Assembly: GCA_030141605.1 (NCBI GenBank)
Contig: JAQGDQ010000041.1
Span: forward strand, 62,001 to 126,000
Origin: Tubiluchus corallicola
Lineage: Eukaryota; Animalia; Priapulida
Reading direction: 5' to 3'
DNA: 64,000 nt
The translations under genes and the position numbers were made by a program. Below, piece after piece: positions 1 to 13,766 of the stretch; position 1 is the first letter of the stretch; each line of letters opens with the position of its first letter. The notes under the pieces were generated by a model. That model was not told the origin of the DNA. It worked only from the letters and a program-made list of their open reading frames with translations, and did not search any database.

Positions 1-618
1 ACATTATGACATAGCTTTAATTATGACATAAAGCTTTAATTAAGTTCCTGTCATTTTATAATTATATTTACTAAATTTCCTTCTCCAAGTGGTTTTACTA
101 ATGTTGCTCCTAGTGGAGTTCAGCAGAAATTCTGAACACCATTATGGATTTCAATAATAATGATGTATTTTTTAACAAGGTGAAGCCATTCTCACTTTCA
201 AACTGTTAGGGATTTTCTCAGTTGTAAGATATCCGACATTCCATTGGATCGGCTCCGGAAATTCTTTCGACGGAAAGTTTGCGACTTGACAGATTTGACA
301 CCCTGCAATTTTTGCGAGGCAGCGTCAGGCAAAAATTTAGGTAAAAGGACCAAAATGTCTTCAAGAATTCAAAATAACAATTAAAAGTTGTTATGCACAC
401 ATTTAACTTGAAATACTTGCTCACGTTGAAAATGTATGTATTAAGAAACACTTTTCGTGGAATTTGGCTAAAAATGCAAAGTTTAGTTCATCTGTACCTA
501 TTTCCTTTGTTTAAAAATGTAACATTATCACAGATACCCTTTGCTTCGCTCGCTAGTTGTTTTAGAGGGCTTCTTGTAAAATTCATTATAACGATTCATT
601 TACCGTGTTAATAAAAAT

Positions 619-701
<83 letters not shown>

Positions 702-719
702 TTACTACTACTACTACTA
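619..719. repeat. (CTA)n microsatellite
   Basis: Near-perfect tandem CTA run read directly; it generates the poly-Thr and poly-Val ORFs 605..1006 and 586..822. Confidence 0.97.
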
Positions 720-2581
720 ATATGCGACTTCTGAGGCTCCATATATTTTTCTTTTGTGTCTTTAATTTAGCTGTTTTTTTTGCATTTCGTATTTTTTCGC
801 TTGGTTGTCTACATGGTCTCATTTTACCAGAAACAATTTATCTAAATTTTTTACATGGTAGTTACTATCTATCTATACTTATAATTCCATCAATTGCATT
901 TTTGCATGTTGTACTTGCTATGTTTAAGTGCTGTAATTTCAATGAATTTGTTCATGTTTTTACAACTTGTGACTTGATTATTTGTCAGTGTTTCGCGACT
1001 CTGTAGTTTGTGCAAAGCAATTCGATTTTTTGTCCCAGAATTTAAAATTCCAAAGGCCCAACACCCAAAAATATTTAGTTTTGACAATTTTTGGTAGTAG
1101 CACAGAGTAACGTGGTGAAACTTTTTTCTGATAATTCAAACGAATTCTGAGTCTTTTCTGGATCTAGCAATAAATGGATAGGTGATCGCGGGGAAAACTG
1201 GTTGTAGACGATTTCATGGATTCCAACTTGCGGGATGCAGAATCAAGTATAAAATATTTTTAATCACCAAAAATTTTCAACGCACAATACGGAAAACTTT
1301 TGTAAAATTTACTGGGTCTTTTATTTACCAGAAAAAACACTCTAAATCTACGGCAAAACACTCTAAATCACGGCGCTTTAATACCTAAACCTCATTGCTT
1401 AAGGTGGCACGCGCAGGTATATTTACCATTCATTACTTCGCCAACAGCTTGTAACTTTAGGGCAAAGCGAGTAGGAACGTTAAAAACGCGGAAAGAGAAA
1501 GTCAGAGCGAGAGAGCGTCGACCTTTATAGAACGAAGCTTAGTCGGCTGTCTCTCTACTAAAATGACAGCAGTGTAAACAGTAGCTTATATCTGATTTAA
1601 GCCAGGAAACGATCTCAATACAGCCATTATTACATTAATCAGCAGTTTAAACGTAGTTCACACTGTACCGGCCTAGCTTTTAGAAGTCACACTTACTTTA
1701 CCTAAAAGTTATATCATCCTAAACCCGACAGTTGCTAATGCTTAAGTAAATTGGGCAACGGTTACCTGATTCTACAAGCGATTTTAAAGGAAATTGTGAT
1801 TGTATGTTCTTGATGTTCAAATCCTGATTGTATTACAATTTTTCTCTAACCCTTTCTTCAAGTAATTAGCTAATTGTCGTCAGTATGATGTTCTTTTTTA
1901 CTTGTGTTTTGGATACTCCGCAGAAAAGTGCAGAGGCTTATAAGTCAACTCCCACTACTGAGCGAGCGTATTCAAAGTAGTGACAGAGTGATATATTACT
2001 AGTTGCGGATAGGTGGCTCTGACTGACTGTGCACTACCAGGTCGAGAATTCAGATTAGTTCTATTATTTTGGCCTATTAGCTCAAGTGGCAAAGCCTGCA
2101 TCCAGAAAGTGCAAAGTTTTGATTTAAAATTTTTTTGAGCGCAATTTTTCAGCGCCCCCTTCTTCTATTAGGCTATTTATTGTAGGTATAATATTTTTTC
2201 TTCTCTACTTTTGTCTCCTGTTTCACTGTTTCCTGCACATTTTTTACTTCCTTTAATATTTTGCTCACTTAATTTATCTGAAAACTTTGATAGCTGTTTA
2301 GGTGTTCGGTTTTATGTTCAACTTAAGAGATTATTTCTTCTTTTTGTTTTTCATTTACTCTCTTTTGTGTTTTTACTTTCTTGATTACTTGTCAGCTAGC
2401 CAGCCAACCAGCCAGCTAGTCAATCAGCCTGGTTACCTGATTGCTTATTCTACCCGCCCAATTCTGACGCTGTAGTACTTTTCAGTTTGACGACTGGATA
2501 CGCTTGACAAATATGTTTCGCTATTTCCACAAGTAACACATTTTTTTTCTTGTTGCAGGAGCAAGTATTCTCATCACCGAA

Positions 2582-5500
2582 ATGCTCGACAATAAGTTCA
2601 GCGTTGTTGTTTATCTGGTGAGTAAACATAACATTTACACTACTTAATCTGAACTAACAATTATAAGATTACAGTAGTTTATCCTACGTGCATTTGCTAA
2701 AAATATATTAGTCTTTACTCTTTAGCAATTTATTACGCTTAAAAGAAAACAAAGACTAATTGTTCATTAATCACGGCCATTACCTTTCTGCTCTACATTG
2801 TTTTTTCTTTTTCTTGCTGTTATCATTTTATCCTTCTTTATCTATTTCTCTTTCTCCATTTCTTCCCATTTTGTTGTCGTCATGTCTTAAAAACATTTCA
2901 ACATTCAAACTTGAAACAAACGTTTTAACGAGAAAACGGGGGTTACTACAGTTATTTGAATTGTTCAGCCTGCTAATGTTTTTTCCTAAACATTTTTTCT
3001 ATTTAATTGTTTGAACTGCTTCTACGCAGAAAAACTGTAATAAGCAGTTTTACTTTTCTCACATAAAACAGCGTGTATTGTAGCCTTTTAGTAGGTCTGT
3101 AGCGCAAAACGTTCTTTTAGTTCGTAAAAATGTTAGTGTAAAATTTAGGATAAAGACCACTGTGCTTCATCCGGTATTTAAATGTTTAAATTGTCGCACC
3201 TGTAATTAGATTACAATGTGAAGAATCGCTCCACAGGTATTACAAACCTGTCCTACGATTATGTAGTTCAGTGAAAGTACATTCTGAACTTATTAATTAA
3301 TAGTTGCTTGTCTACACGCCAGTAGTTTTGAAACTAACGTTACCAATGACCTATTACAAACACCTTTTAACAGATACGTGCACTGTTTGGAGTTTTGATC
3401 TTTTACCTGCAATTGTTGCAATACAGAACACTTGAACGATTATTCGTTATAATAACTATTAATAACAAGTGTAAATAATTGGCAATTAAATTTGGTTTAG
3501 CACTCACGTAACAGACTTTGTTTCACAGAACTTTGTTTTAAGATAAACAGCAATGTTACCAGTATTTAGACACTAATGCTAGTCATTCGCCAATTATTGG
3601 TATTTCGTAATTGGACACTCGGCACTCCTGAGCAATTCGTGAACAGACAATTGGAAAACAAACGGCTGCTAAACGAAAGACTAAATCTACGTAGTTAAAA
3701 TATTCCATAATAGGCATTTAAATCTTTCTGTTAAATACTTGTTAATGTTCAGGTTTCCAATAAGTTTCCTCTTATTGTAACCCAGTAGGTGCTTGCTATG
3801 CCTGACGCTTGGTCAGCAGAAATTTGATTTTGCAACTACTGTACATGAAATTCGAATATTTGATAATTGCACACCTACTGATTTGAACATTTAACCTAAA
3901 GCGTTGTCTGCCAGCATGTTGGTCATTTCATTCACTTATAAACTGTTCTGATTAAAAAACGCAGATCCTTTTCTGAACAGTTAGGCACACCGAAATCTGG
4001 CATTCAACTGAAGAGCCGTTGAAATATTGAATGGTTGTCGCGCGACTGAAATCTAGCCTATTATTAAGGATGCTTTTCTGTTTGCTAACAAACATGCTTC
4101 TTAGCTGCACTGGAGCGCGTGCCCCTCAAAAGAAATAACCGGCGGTAGAAAAACAGTAAGATAGATTACCACACAAAAAACAAGTTTTCTGAATTTCAGC
4201 CTTCCAATTATCAAACTTAGCTTTGGTAGTCATTTAGCTATTCCCATTACTAGGCCAACAATGGAGAAAACTGGCTTTGGTGTCTCACGAAAAAGTTAGA
4301 GAAATGTACTATAGCTTTAATTCTAGTGAATTGCTGTCTCAATAACTAATTTAAAATTGGTTTCAAAATTGAGCAATATGAAGTTTAGCGAACAGTGTGT
4401 AGGTGGCAGCAGCGGGACCTGCATTTAACCACTAGCCATGTAAATTTAATTAGAGGAATATGAACGTGATAATAGGAGTCCCTGCGCGATTCTGTTTCCA
4501 GTTTGTGTCCGTGCCGTTTCATTTATATTATTAGTATAAAACTTCTTAAGTGCGCTGCAGTGTTGTGCAGTTTAAAAACGAATCCTATAAACAGTAAAAA
4601 AATTACTGCTGTGTATCATCTTAGCAGTATAAAAAGTGAATTTTTTTTTCAGGTTGTAATTTTTCACCAGAACAAAACTCAGCAAGTTCCTTTTGGGAAT
4701 TACGACGATCTGCCGGATGCGTTTTATAGGCCAAGTCCAACTTCCGGTCGTTCGTATCCCAATAGTCCTCAGTTTTATAGTAGGGGTATCCAGCAAACTC
4801 ATGGAAATCAACCACCGCAGTATTATTACCCGTCGCAACTTCGTGTGGCTATTCCAGAACAGCATCATCAGCAACAGCAACAACAACATTATCAGAGTCC
4901 CGAGCAGTCGTACCCCCACTTAAATCCCATACATCAGCAACAACGGAATGGCTATATAGGATCAGTGTATGGCCTAGGAAGACCAGAATACGTCCAGTAT
5001 CCGCAGTATCAGCCTTCGTCCTCTGGACATCAGGAATATCCACCACACGATCCGCAGGGACATCAGCAGGGATACTCATTAGAAGATCAAGGATATCAGG
5101 TATATCCTGGTAGGGTCGACATCAATGGTGGTAGAGGCAATTTTGTAGAATATCCTGGAAGAGTGAAGCAGAATCATTTCATAAACCAGCATGTACCTTC
5201 ACAGCAACAACTACAGTATCAATTTCAGAATGGATTTCCTCTTAACAGGAACGCGTATCACAACCCAGCCGCAAAGAACATTAAGTTTGATGTTCATGCG
5301 GGAGCTGGACCAGTGACGGCAACGGAAACTATAGTAACTAGTGAGTATATTTTACCTTGACAGTGTACACCGTATGTTGACCACGTAGTTGGCTATATAT
5401 ATATATATTGGCAATATTGTTGGCAATATATATATATATACGCAAACAAACTAGAATAGGGAAGAAATGAGTTGATTGAATTGAATATTAGTTAAGTTAG

Positions 5501-8500
5501 ACTGCCGTGTGCTTCGTGATATATATATATATATACGTGCAGGTGGTCCAGTGACAATAATGTTATGGATAATACAATCATTTCATCACGGTTTACCAAT
5601 TTAAATTTGTAATAACATCAGATATTTGGTCCCTTTAGAAACTATTGGGACAGCTGAACTTATAACATTTCGAAGTCTTTAAACGTAAATATTTGCTGAA
5701 ATTTCGTAAAATAACAGTCAATACACAATATTGGAAAGTACTAGAGCATTTATGACGAGTAACCGCAAATTTTTTGGTAAATAATTTTTTATGCTGTTAG
5801 TGCCAATTAGTAGGCCAATGCTAAAACGGATACATAATCATTACAAGATAGATTTAGATCTATTATGACACCTAGTTAGATCTATTGTCGACATCTCGCT
5901 CGTTAGGTATTGAATCGTCCGTTTTAACAATTGGTTTTTTGCCGGAAAGATAGCTTCCGACCAACCTGGTGCAATTTGATATAGTTGGATCTTATTCAAT
6001 GACTTCGCTTGATCAATCACATCAAAATGTTCATTTAGATCAAGTAAGGTTATATTAATGTTATTTCAGAATTATTCGTGTAAGATAAAATGTCATCGGT
6101 AACTGAAATCAACGTTGTGGCAGTGTTATGACTTGGTCTAAATAAAAACTAAATAAATGGTTTCGTTCAAAATACGAAGGAACTTCTTGACAAACAATTT
6201 TTTATGATTTCATATGTCGTGGGTACATCGGTAATAGGACGATAATTTGAGACTTCCTATTGCTACCTTTTTTAAAGTCTGGTTTAACTGTAGTTTTTTC
6301 CATTGGGAAGAGATATTGTTACATAAAAGATTGCTTTCTTTTAGATATCACCGGCACCTGCAGTTCTGAATACAATTTCCTGATGATAAACGTTCATTTT
6401 CAACAACCGACATTTAAGGGTATCATATTCACAGCGCCCTCTAATCGTAATGATCCACGTTGTCAAGTCAGCAGTGATGAAGTAGATCTGACGTCATCGA
6501 ACACCATGACATTGCAAGTGGCGTTAGATCACTCATGCGGTACAAGGACCTTTTCTAACCAGGTTTGAATATTGTTTTTTTTGTTCGTGTTCTTGATTTT
6601 TCTTATCTGGTTGTCTGTCTGTCAGTCTGTTAATCCTTTTTGTTTCATCTTTGTCTATGATTTTTTAAAATATTTCATGAATAATCGAAGATTATGGTGA
6701 TTGACACAATCCGCAAGGTGATCGATTGGTGATCAAAACATGTTTTATGATGTTTTTTAAGACAAACCAGGTGGTTCATTAGCTATAGTTATCAGTTAAC
6801 TGGTTTATTTGTTGGTTTGGCAGCTGATCCTCACACAGGCGGTGGTGTACCTGTCTTTTAATTATTGATTGACCAATAATTAGGTAGTCACTAGCCTCTA
6901 CAGTTAGTTAATCAGTCGGTGAATGGTATTGTTGGTTATCATTAACAGGTCATTTGGTAATGCAGTTAACTAATGCCCAGTTAATCTGCTTTTGTAAGCC
7001 AACTTGTATGCCCGACAAACAAAATTTCAAGATGTTTTTTAAGCGTTTTTATGCTCACATGAGTAATATTGCACGTTTCAAGGCATATAGGCCGTTTATT
7101 ATGAGTAATGATGTAATTTTCCGTAGCATCCCGACACGCGATCATTTGGCAACACATTGGTAGTGCTGGAAAACGGACACCCGGGAAAGCAATACGAAGT
7201 CACATGTTCTGTTACAGGAAGTGGAGTTTTGCCGTATCCCATTGTTAATTTTCAAGCTTATCCCAGGTCAGTATTTAACACTTTTGACCACTGAAAAGCA
7301 ATCTTACTAATGTTAAAGTTAATCTGTCAATTATAGATGCAACTTAAAACTACATTTTCTTTTGTTTATGCGACTAAAACGTGAAGATATAAAATAGGTT
7401 TAAGATTGTTAAGGTCTTTGCTCTTAAGGCTGAAAACCAAATTACTAGTTTGAACGATGACTTGAGCTTTGGCATCTTAGACCTCTATTGACTTTAATCT
7501 ACGTTTCACGAAACATTACAAGGTGCTGCCACCTGTGAACGTGTTGTTTTCTATTACAGAAAGGAAACTGTTGCCCGTCCTCTAGAGGCGAGAATAATAG
7601 GTGACAGAGGTCAAATAACAGTTGGAACGGATAGTATCAGAAGTAGGATTTTCTTTTCTTTCTCTTAAGCAGTTAACCACAATTTATATTTTATCTTACT
7701 CACACAGAAAGAGATCGATCATCGAAGCTAACTAGCTTCACTGTGTACGACGACAAATTTTTGATGATTTACGATGGTTTAAGAATTAAACAATTTTTGA
7801 TCATTTACTAATATTTACAACGAATTTACTAGAATTTGGAGATGTGAATTGATGTTTTTCCTGAAAAACTAGTTAGCAGGAAACAATTATCACTTCACTT
7901 TACACCACTTTTTCGTTTATTTCTGCTACAAAGAAGGTTATTGTCTCAGTAAGTAAAACGACTAAGGCTAATTTAATTTTTATTTTTTAGAAAACGAAGC
8001 CAATATGGCAAGCAGTTGGCAACACTTGCAATATTGTTAAAGAATACTAAGCATAAATGGTTATTTTAAAGTTATAGTGCAGGCTTATTCATTTTATTAA
8101 AGCTCTGTCCACAATGAATCAGAACTAAAATTACTCATATGATCGATAATTTTACAGATGTTTTATCTGACTGTGATGCCGAAACTGCTTCACTAAGAGT
8201 GACTCTAATTTTCGGAAGCCCGTTTACTGGAACCATCTACACTAATAATTATCATGACGTGGAGACTTGTACCTGGCATTTTTCTGAAGCTGTGGAGGGT
8301 TACGTACAGATCCCGCTGTCAGCTTGTGGAACAACCTATCATGCTCAGGTGAGACTTGCATAACCTTATTATAAACAGTATTCATGTTGATCAAAAGATA
8401 TGGAACATTAATAAATATTTAATGTTTTTAGGTATAATATTATAATCTTAAAGAAGTGGGCTTGCGCGCATGGCACATACACGATTTAGCTGTACATAGG

Positions 8501-11500
8501 TGAATATTCCGTAATTTAGCAAGTGTTTAAATAGCTTTAAATTTTTAATTTTATACATTAGCTTTTCAATAACTTTATTAACTAAACATTATTTTTTAGA
8601 AAAATCGAAATGGAGCAGGTGTTTTCAAGAACACTATCATTTTGATGCCTGGTGGGACAGGTGCGGTTCTCACGGGTAATGATCGAGCCTACCAGGTGAG
8701 CTGCAGCATGGAGACTCCAGACAAAGTAAAAACACAGGTAAGATGTGCTTTAGCGATTAGAATGGTTTATGGTCATAGTGTCAAAGTGTAGCGTCTGTCT
8801 ATATGTATGCCTGATACGTAAAATAAAGAAGTACGTGAAAGCATAACAAAGGCTTTTGTAGCTTCACAAATATACACAAAGAAATTATCTTATACAACTT
8901 TCCAAGATAATATTATTTTAAAGGAGATTCGGCATAAAGTCAAGTAGTGAGTATTTTAAAATGTCTTGATGTGTTGGGCAAACAATACTAGCAGATTTGC
9001 TTTTTCCGTGATTATTGTTTAATTTAGGATGTTAAGGCCAAGATTGACGTAAGTCCTGGTGGATATGCATCAGTACAAATTACAGACAGTGATCGTCTAG
9101 CAGCGAATGTTGGCCTCGGTGTGCCTATAAGGTGAGACGTACTTAATAAGTACACTTGTAAGATAAGACATAATTAATAAATTCTATTTTCGAAATCTCC
9201 AGTACAAACGAAAGTTATTTAACCTGATTAGCCTTTCTTTTGATAGACGATTGGACAGTAGCTCCACCTGCAGTGAATTTTTTTTGTTACAAAGCCAACA
9301 CATTAAGAAATGCATATATATATATATATATGCACACTACACAAATTACAATTATAAGTTAAAAATGTAGAATATCAATCGATTTCTCGTTTATTTTGAA
9401 CCCACTGTAATTAACAATTGTAATATGGTATCATCTTGTGAAAATTTTAAGCATACCGAGCACTGAATTGTACAGCGTTTACCGACACCAAGATTCAATA
9501 AAATAGCCCATATGCCATTTTAAAAAACACTTCACATTTATCTCATTCTCTGCCATAAAACTCCTTTTCCCACAAAAACCAAATCTGTACATTTTTGTTA
9601 TTTTATTACGTTTAGCTCTTCAGAGAAAAAAGTCCGTAAAGGCAACCGTGTGCACGGCAAACAGCATCGTGCTCCGCTGCCAGCTGTTGCCATGAAAGTA
9701 GTGCAGGGAACGGACCTGTTTGCGGAACCAGCGGACAAACTTGTTGTGGGATCCAATGCAACTGTAGTCCTGTACCATGAGCAGTCTGGTAGGTTAAGGA
9801 TCCACTAGCAGTATGCAGTGAACTTGAGTGTTGAGCTGCTCAGTTTATCACTAAGGCTTTAGTTAATTTGTAATCATTGGCGGTTATGTAAAAGTTTACT
9901 CGCTAATTAGAAAGCACTGGGTTCATTTACTTGGATGTACTCAGAGACTTTTCTCACTCAGTCAAATGATTAATAATGTCAAAATCTACCCACCATTCAT
10001 CTAGCCCTCCCTCGAATAATGTCTAATTAACACACAACTTATAGCTGCTAAAGCTCACTGTTTTATGATTACCTTTGCACCTGATGATTTCTTAAATGGC
10101 AAACTAAAGCTATTTGGTTAACTAAGCTATTTGGTAACTAACTAAGCAAACTAAAGCTACTTGGTTCTCATACTTTTCGATTTATGATATGTAATATGTA
10201 CACTTATGAGTAAAGGAAATTTAATTTTTATTATCTATAAATATATATTTATAGAATTCTGGGACTTGAATTTTGGCAGCTGTTATGCCCACGATGGCAG
10301 CGGATATAAGAAAATTGATATTCTTGACAAAAGAGGGTATGATAAAAAATTTACTGTTATCGAAAAGTATTTCCTAAAATGAACGCTTTGCATAATGGAG
10401 AACAGAATTTTACATTTGGATTTTGCTTTGCTTTAATTTCAATATGCTATTTCTTTAACAAAGTAATTTTTAAACAATTCAGATGTCCAGCATTTGACAA
10501 AGTTGGAGATATTATCTCGGAAATATTGGGAGATATCTCATACATGCATTTCACTTTTGAATCATTCAAGTTTCCTGGCAGAGAGCAGACGTATTACGAA
10601 TGTCATGTGAACGTATGTCAAGGTCCTTGTAAACAGGTTTGTTAAACATTTACCACATTCATACTGATTTACTCCACTCAGACGGTTCTTATAAACAACT
10701 ACTGATATCTGAAAAAAGAGATACCAAAAAGCTAAAGCATCTATAAGAGCCAATAATTCGGCGCCCTCGTGCGTCAAAAGGTGATAATCCATTTACAGAA
10801 GGCTTATCGGATTACTTTGTGACTTGTGTTGTAAAAGTAATTAAATGGACTAATTTCGTGATAATTAAATTGGTCATTAACCTTAGAATGTTAATTTGCA
10901 AAAAACTGACTTTTCAACTTGTCTTAAATACTAAAATAAAACGTGTCAATAAGTGTAATATGCTTTTCTGACATTGAAGAATCGAAATGTGTTTTAGTTA
11001 AACAAAACATTTATTTGTAAGTAAAACGTGAGTAGTAGATTTACTGACTCAACTAGTATAATGAAGCAACTGATCTGAAAAATTTAATTGAAAATATTAT
11101 TAGAAGCAGACTAAATGTAGTAAAGTACGCTTATTTGTTTTTTATCATATTGTTGCAGATAAAAGTGTATCTTTTAATTAAATTACTTTTTGTCTATTCT
11201 GTTTACAGTCGCTCAATATTTGTTTTAAATGATACATATTTATGTATATACTATATATCTGCCTATAGAGGCAAATTCTACAGGCGTAGGCGAACTTAGA
11301 GAATCTAGAAACAGGAGCTCCAACACTTTATTACGATCCCACTGTTCGCTGAAATTTTCAAATTACGTAAAACTGCATATTAAAGTGCGTCGCCGTTATA
11401 TATTCTTCCACGATTTTAATAGAGAGATTGCAAATCAAAGCGAAACAATGTTGATACTCATGCTAAACGGGCCCTAACAGACGAGGAAGTTGCAGAGGAA

Positions 11501-13766
11501 GAGATAGGATACAAAACAGAAATTCAGGAAATAAAACGAACTCCACCAAAAATTACACCACCTCAACAAAAAGAGGACTCAGCAAATGAAGGGGAAATAT
11601 TCATAGAAAGTCTTCCGTTGGAGGGACCAGAGGAGATAGGTCTCTTCGCTGGAGTTAGGATTGACCTTCCTGGAATTGGTAAGCAAAGTTATTATACCTT
11701 CAGCAAGCAAAAAATTAATTAAGCAGTAGTATGGCCTTAGTTAACGCGGATAGTTTTGTGAACATTTGCCTAAGATTAAATGGTAGTGAAATTAAGACTC
11801 GTATAATTAATTCTCCAAATGTTTTTCACTATATATAGTCTATAAAAAATTGTTTAATATTAGTGCCGTGGATTTTCTTAGTACTTAGGCAGTTGTTGGG
11901 CATTACAGCCTATAACGTCTTAGTAGCAGGAAACCAGTCCGGGATGCGAAACATTGTGTTACTGCTTATTTAGTTTTTCTGTCTTGACAAACCTGACAAA
12001 CTTCAGGTTTGACTTATTTATACCACGAAAAACAATTCTTACCAAACTGCCGAAACGCTCGTTATAGACTAGATTAAAATAATTTTGTAGAAAATACTAT
12101 ACTAATATGTACATTCTATCATCCATCAGCAATATCATTTCAATGAAGACATGATCACTTGCTCAGGATGTCATTTACAAATTCTCACAAATTCCTTCTA
12201 AAGTTTTGGCAGTCTCACACCCGCGTCATTAATGTGCAATGTTAACATCAACGTTAAGTTATTCACACCTTCAACATTTTTTGAAAAATCATTGGCATAT
12301 AGATATGTTGTGGAATAAGTCGTTGTAAATATCTTTTTTATTTTCAGAAAGTGAACAAGGAACAACATTGGCAATACAACAAGGATCACACGTGAACGAG
12401 TGTGTGGAAATGAACGTTTTTCTCATCACTGTGTGCATCCTAGCAGGTACGTATAGCAGGCAGTTGTCACTTGTGGGAGTTGTGGCAAATTTGTTACTAA
12501 TGTGAATATCTATTTGCTTGGCTATTACTAGAAAATTCGTGTTTGTGTGGAATCAAATCACAGCTGCACACCAAGGTTTTTGAACACAAATGCCTATACT
12601 CTCTATATTGGCGTATTAGAAAACGTTAGAAAACTGGGTGAAATGACAATTAAAGAATTTACAAAGTGATGTGCAATTTGCTAACTTCCCTGGATGTAAT
12701 GTAGCTGAATATCTGACTATAAGCTTGTAACTGTTTGAATCCTGGAGATATAAGATTTGCATCTTTATGTTACACGATATGTAGAGTGGCTAAGACTAAT
12801 AAAAATTAATGTAATTTCTGTAACAATTCCCAAGAGATTACCAATAATAACTTTTACAGCGTCTAGACAGCAGGTGTAATAACTTATCAAGTAACTGCTT
12901 TATTTTAAGCATGCGTCTCTCTCGTTTCATTATGATGGTCTCCTTTTTTATCACGTCGACAACAGTGAAGTGCATTTGTGTGATTACTGCCAAAGGCCAA
13001 ACTGGTTTAAGATGAATGTTAATCCTTCTATCCGTTCACGGGGTAAAAATTGTTCTCGTATAGGCTGTAGATGCTTTTACAAAATTTAATACTTTTAAGT
13101 GCAGCAATTAGCCCCAAAACAATAGAAGATCGACTAAGCAAAATATTTATCAAATGGAGATGATCAATTGATTGCTGTGTCACAAACTGTTTTGTATTGC
13201 ACAACAGATGCATGATGAGCTGCTTTGTATTGATGTCTTGCTGATTACGAATTGTTTTATTTTGCCGTGCGGCGTGTAGTTGCTTAATGAAATAGCTGCT
13301 GCCTGATGAACTCTTTCTATTATATATTGTTACGTTATATAATGAACAAGTTTTCCATGTTGTAATGAAGAAGTTTATTACTATGAACTGTTTAATCTGT
13401 TTTATATTTCAGTGTTGCTACTTGATTAAAGTGCTGCTGTAGATTTCACCTATGATGGGTGTTTTAAGTTGCAGCGTTGTTGTATGATCATTTCTTTATG
13501 TTGCAGTATTGCTATTTATCGCTGCTGTTATTATTGTTCTGAGCTGCTATAAGATCAGCCGACTGACAAAGAAAGACCATCTCCTTCCCTCTGAACCTAG
13601 TCAACTTGCTGAAACTTTAGATGTCAAGCAGCCTACAATACCGCGGCCATGGTACTATGCAATGCGCAGTGCGCCACCTAGAAGAAAAGCTGAGAAACAT
13701 GAGCGCCAAGCGGGTCGTACGTTTGTACCTGTAGGTGAATCTACTATCGGTCATAGTCACACGTGA
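2582..13766 (+). CDS. Transmembrane zona pellucida (ZP) domain protein, cuticlin/piopio-like, with Gln/Tyr/Pro/Gly-rich N-terminus and tandem ZP-N modules (~873 aa)
   Basis: Exons, all GT-AG and phase-consistent, total 2622 nt: 2582-2617, 4653-5340, 6345-6562, 7127-7266, 7560-7642, 8158-8348, 8600-8737, 9028-9131, 9616-9788, 10255-10336, 10483-10636, 11423-11678, 12348-12446, 13507-13766. ZP-N1: TGTC..INVHFQQPTFKGIIF..DPRC..HSCGT..FGNTLVV..YEVTC. ZP-N2: SDC..VTLIFGSPFTGTIYT..ETC..IPLSACGT..FKNTII..DRAYQVSC. ZP-C: PAVAMKVVQG..VVG, SCYAHDG..IDILDKRGCP..FESFKFPG..YYECHVNVCQGPC..DC. Then dibasic KSKR/HAKR, a TM helix (VFLITVCILAVLLFIAAVIIVLSCY) and a cytoplasmic tail. Confidence 0.9.

Noticed and set aside
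586-1006. Poly-Thr and poly-Val ORFs
   Set aside because: Translations of the (CTA)n microsatellite; no splice or domain support.
2071-2130. tRNA-like A-box (TAGCTCAAGTGG)
   Set aside because: No intact B-box or cloverleaf follows; at most a decayed SINE head.
4355-4372. NWFQN peptide resembling homeodomain helix 3 (possible Cdx/Gsx)
   Set aside because: Immediately followed by TGA, with no RR/K continuation or upstream helices; lies in a ZP-gene intron.
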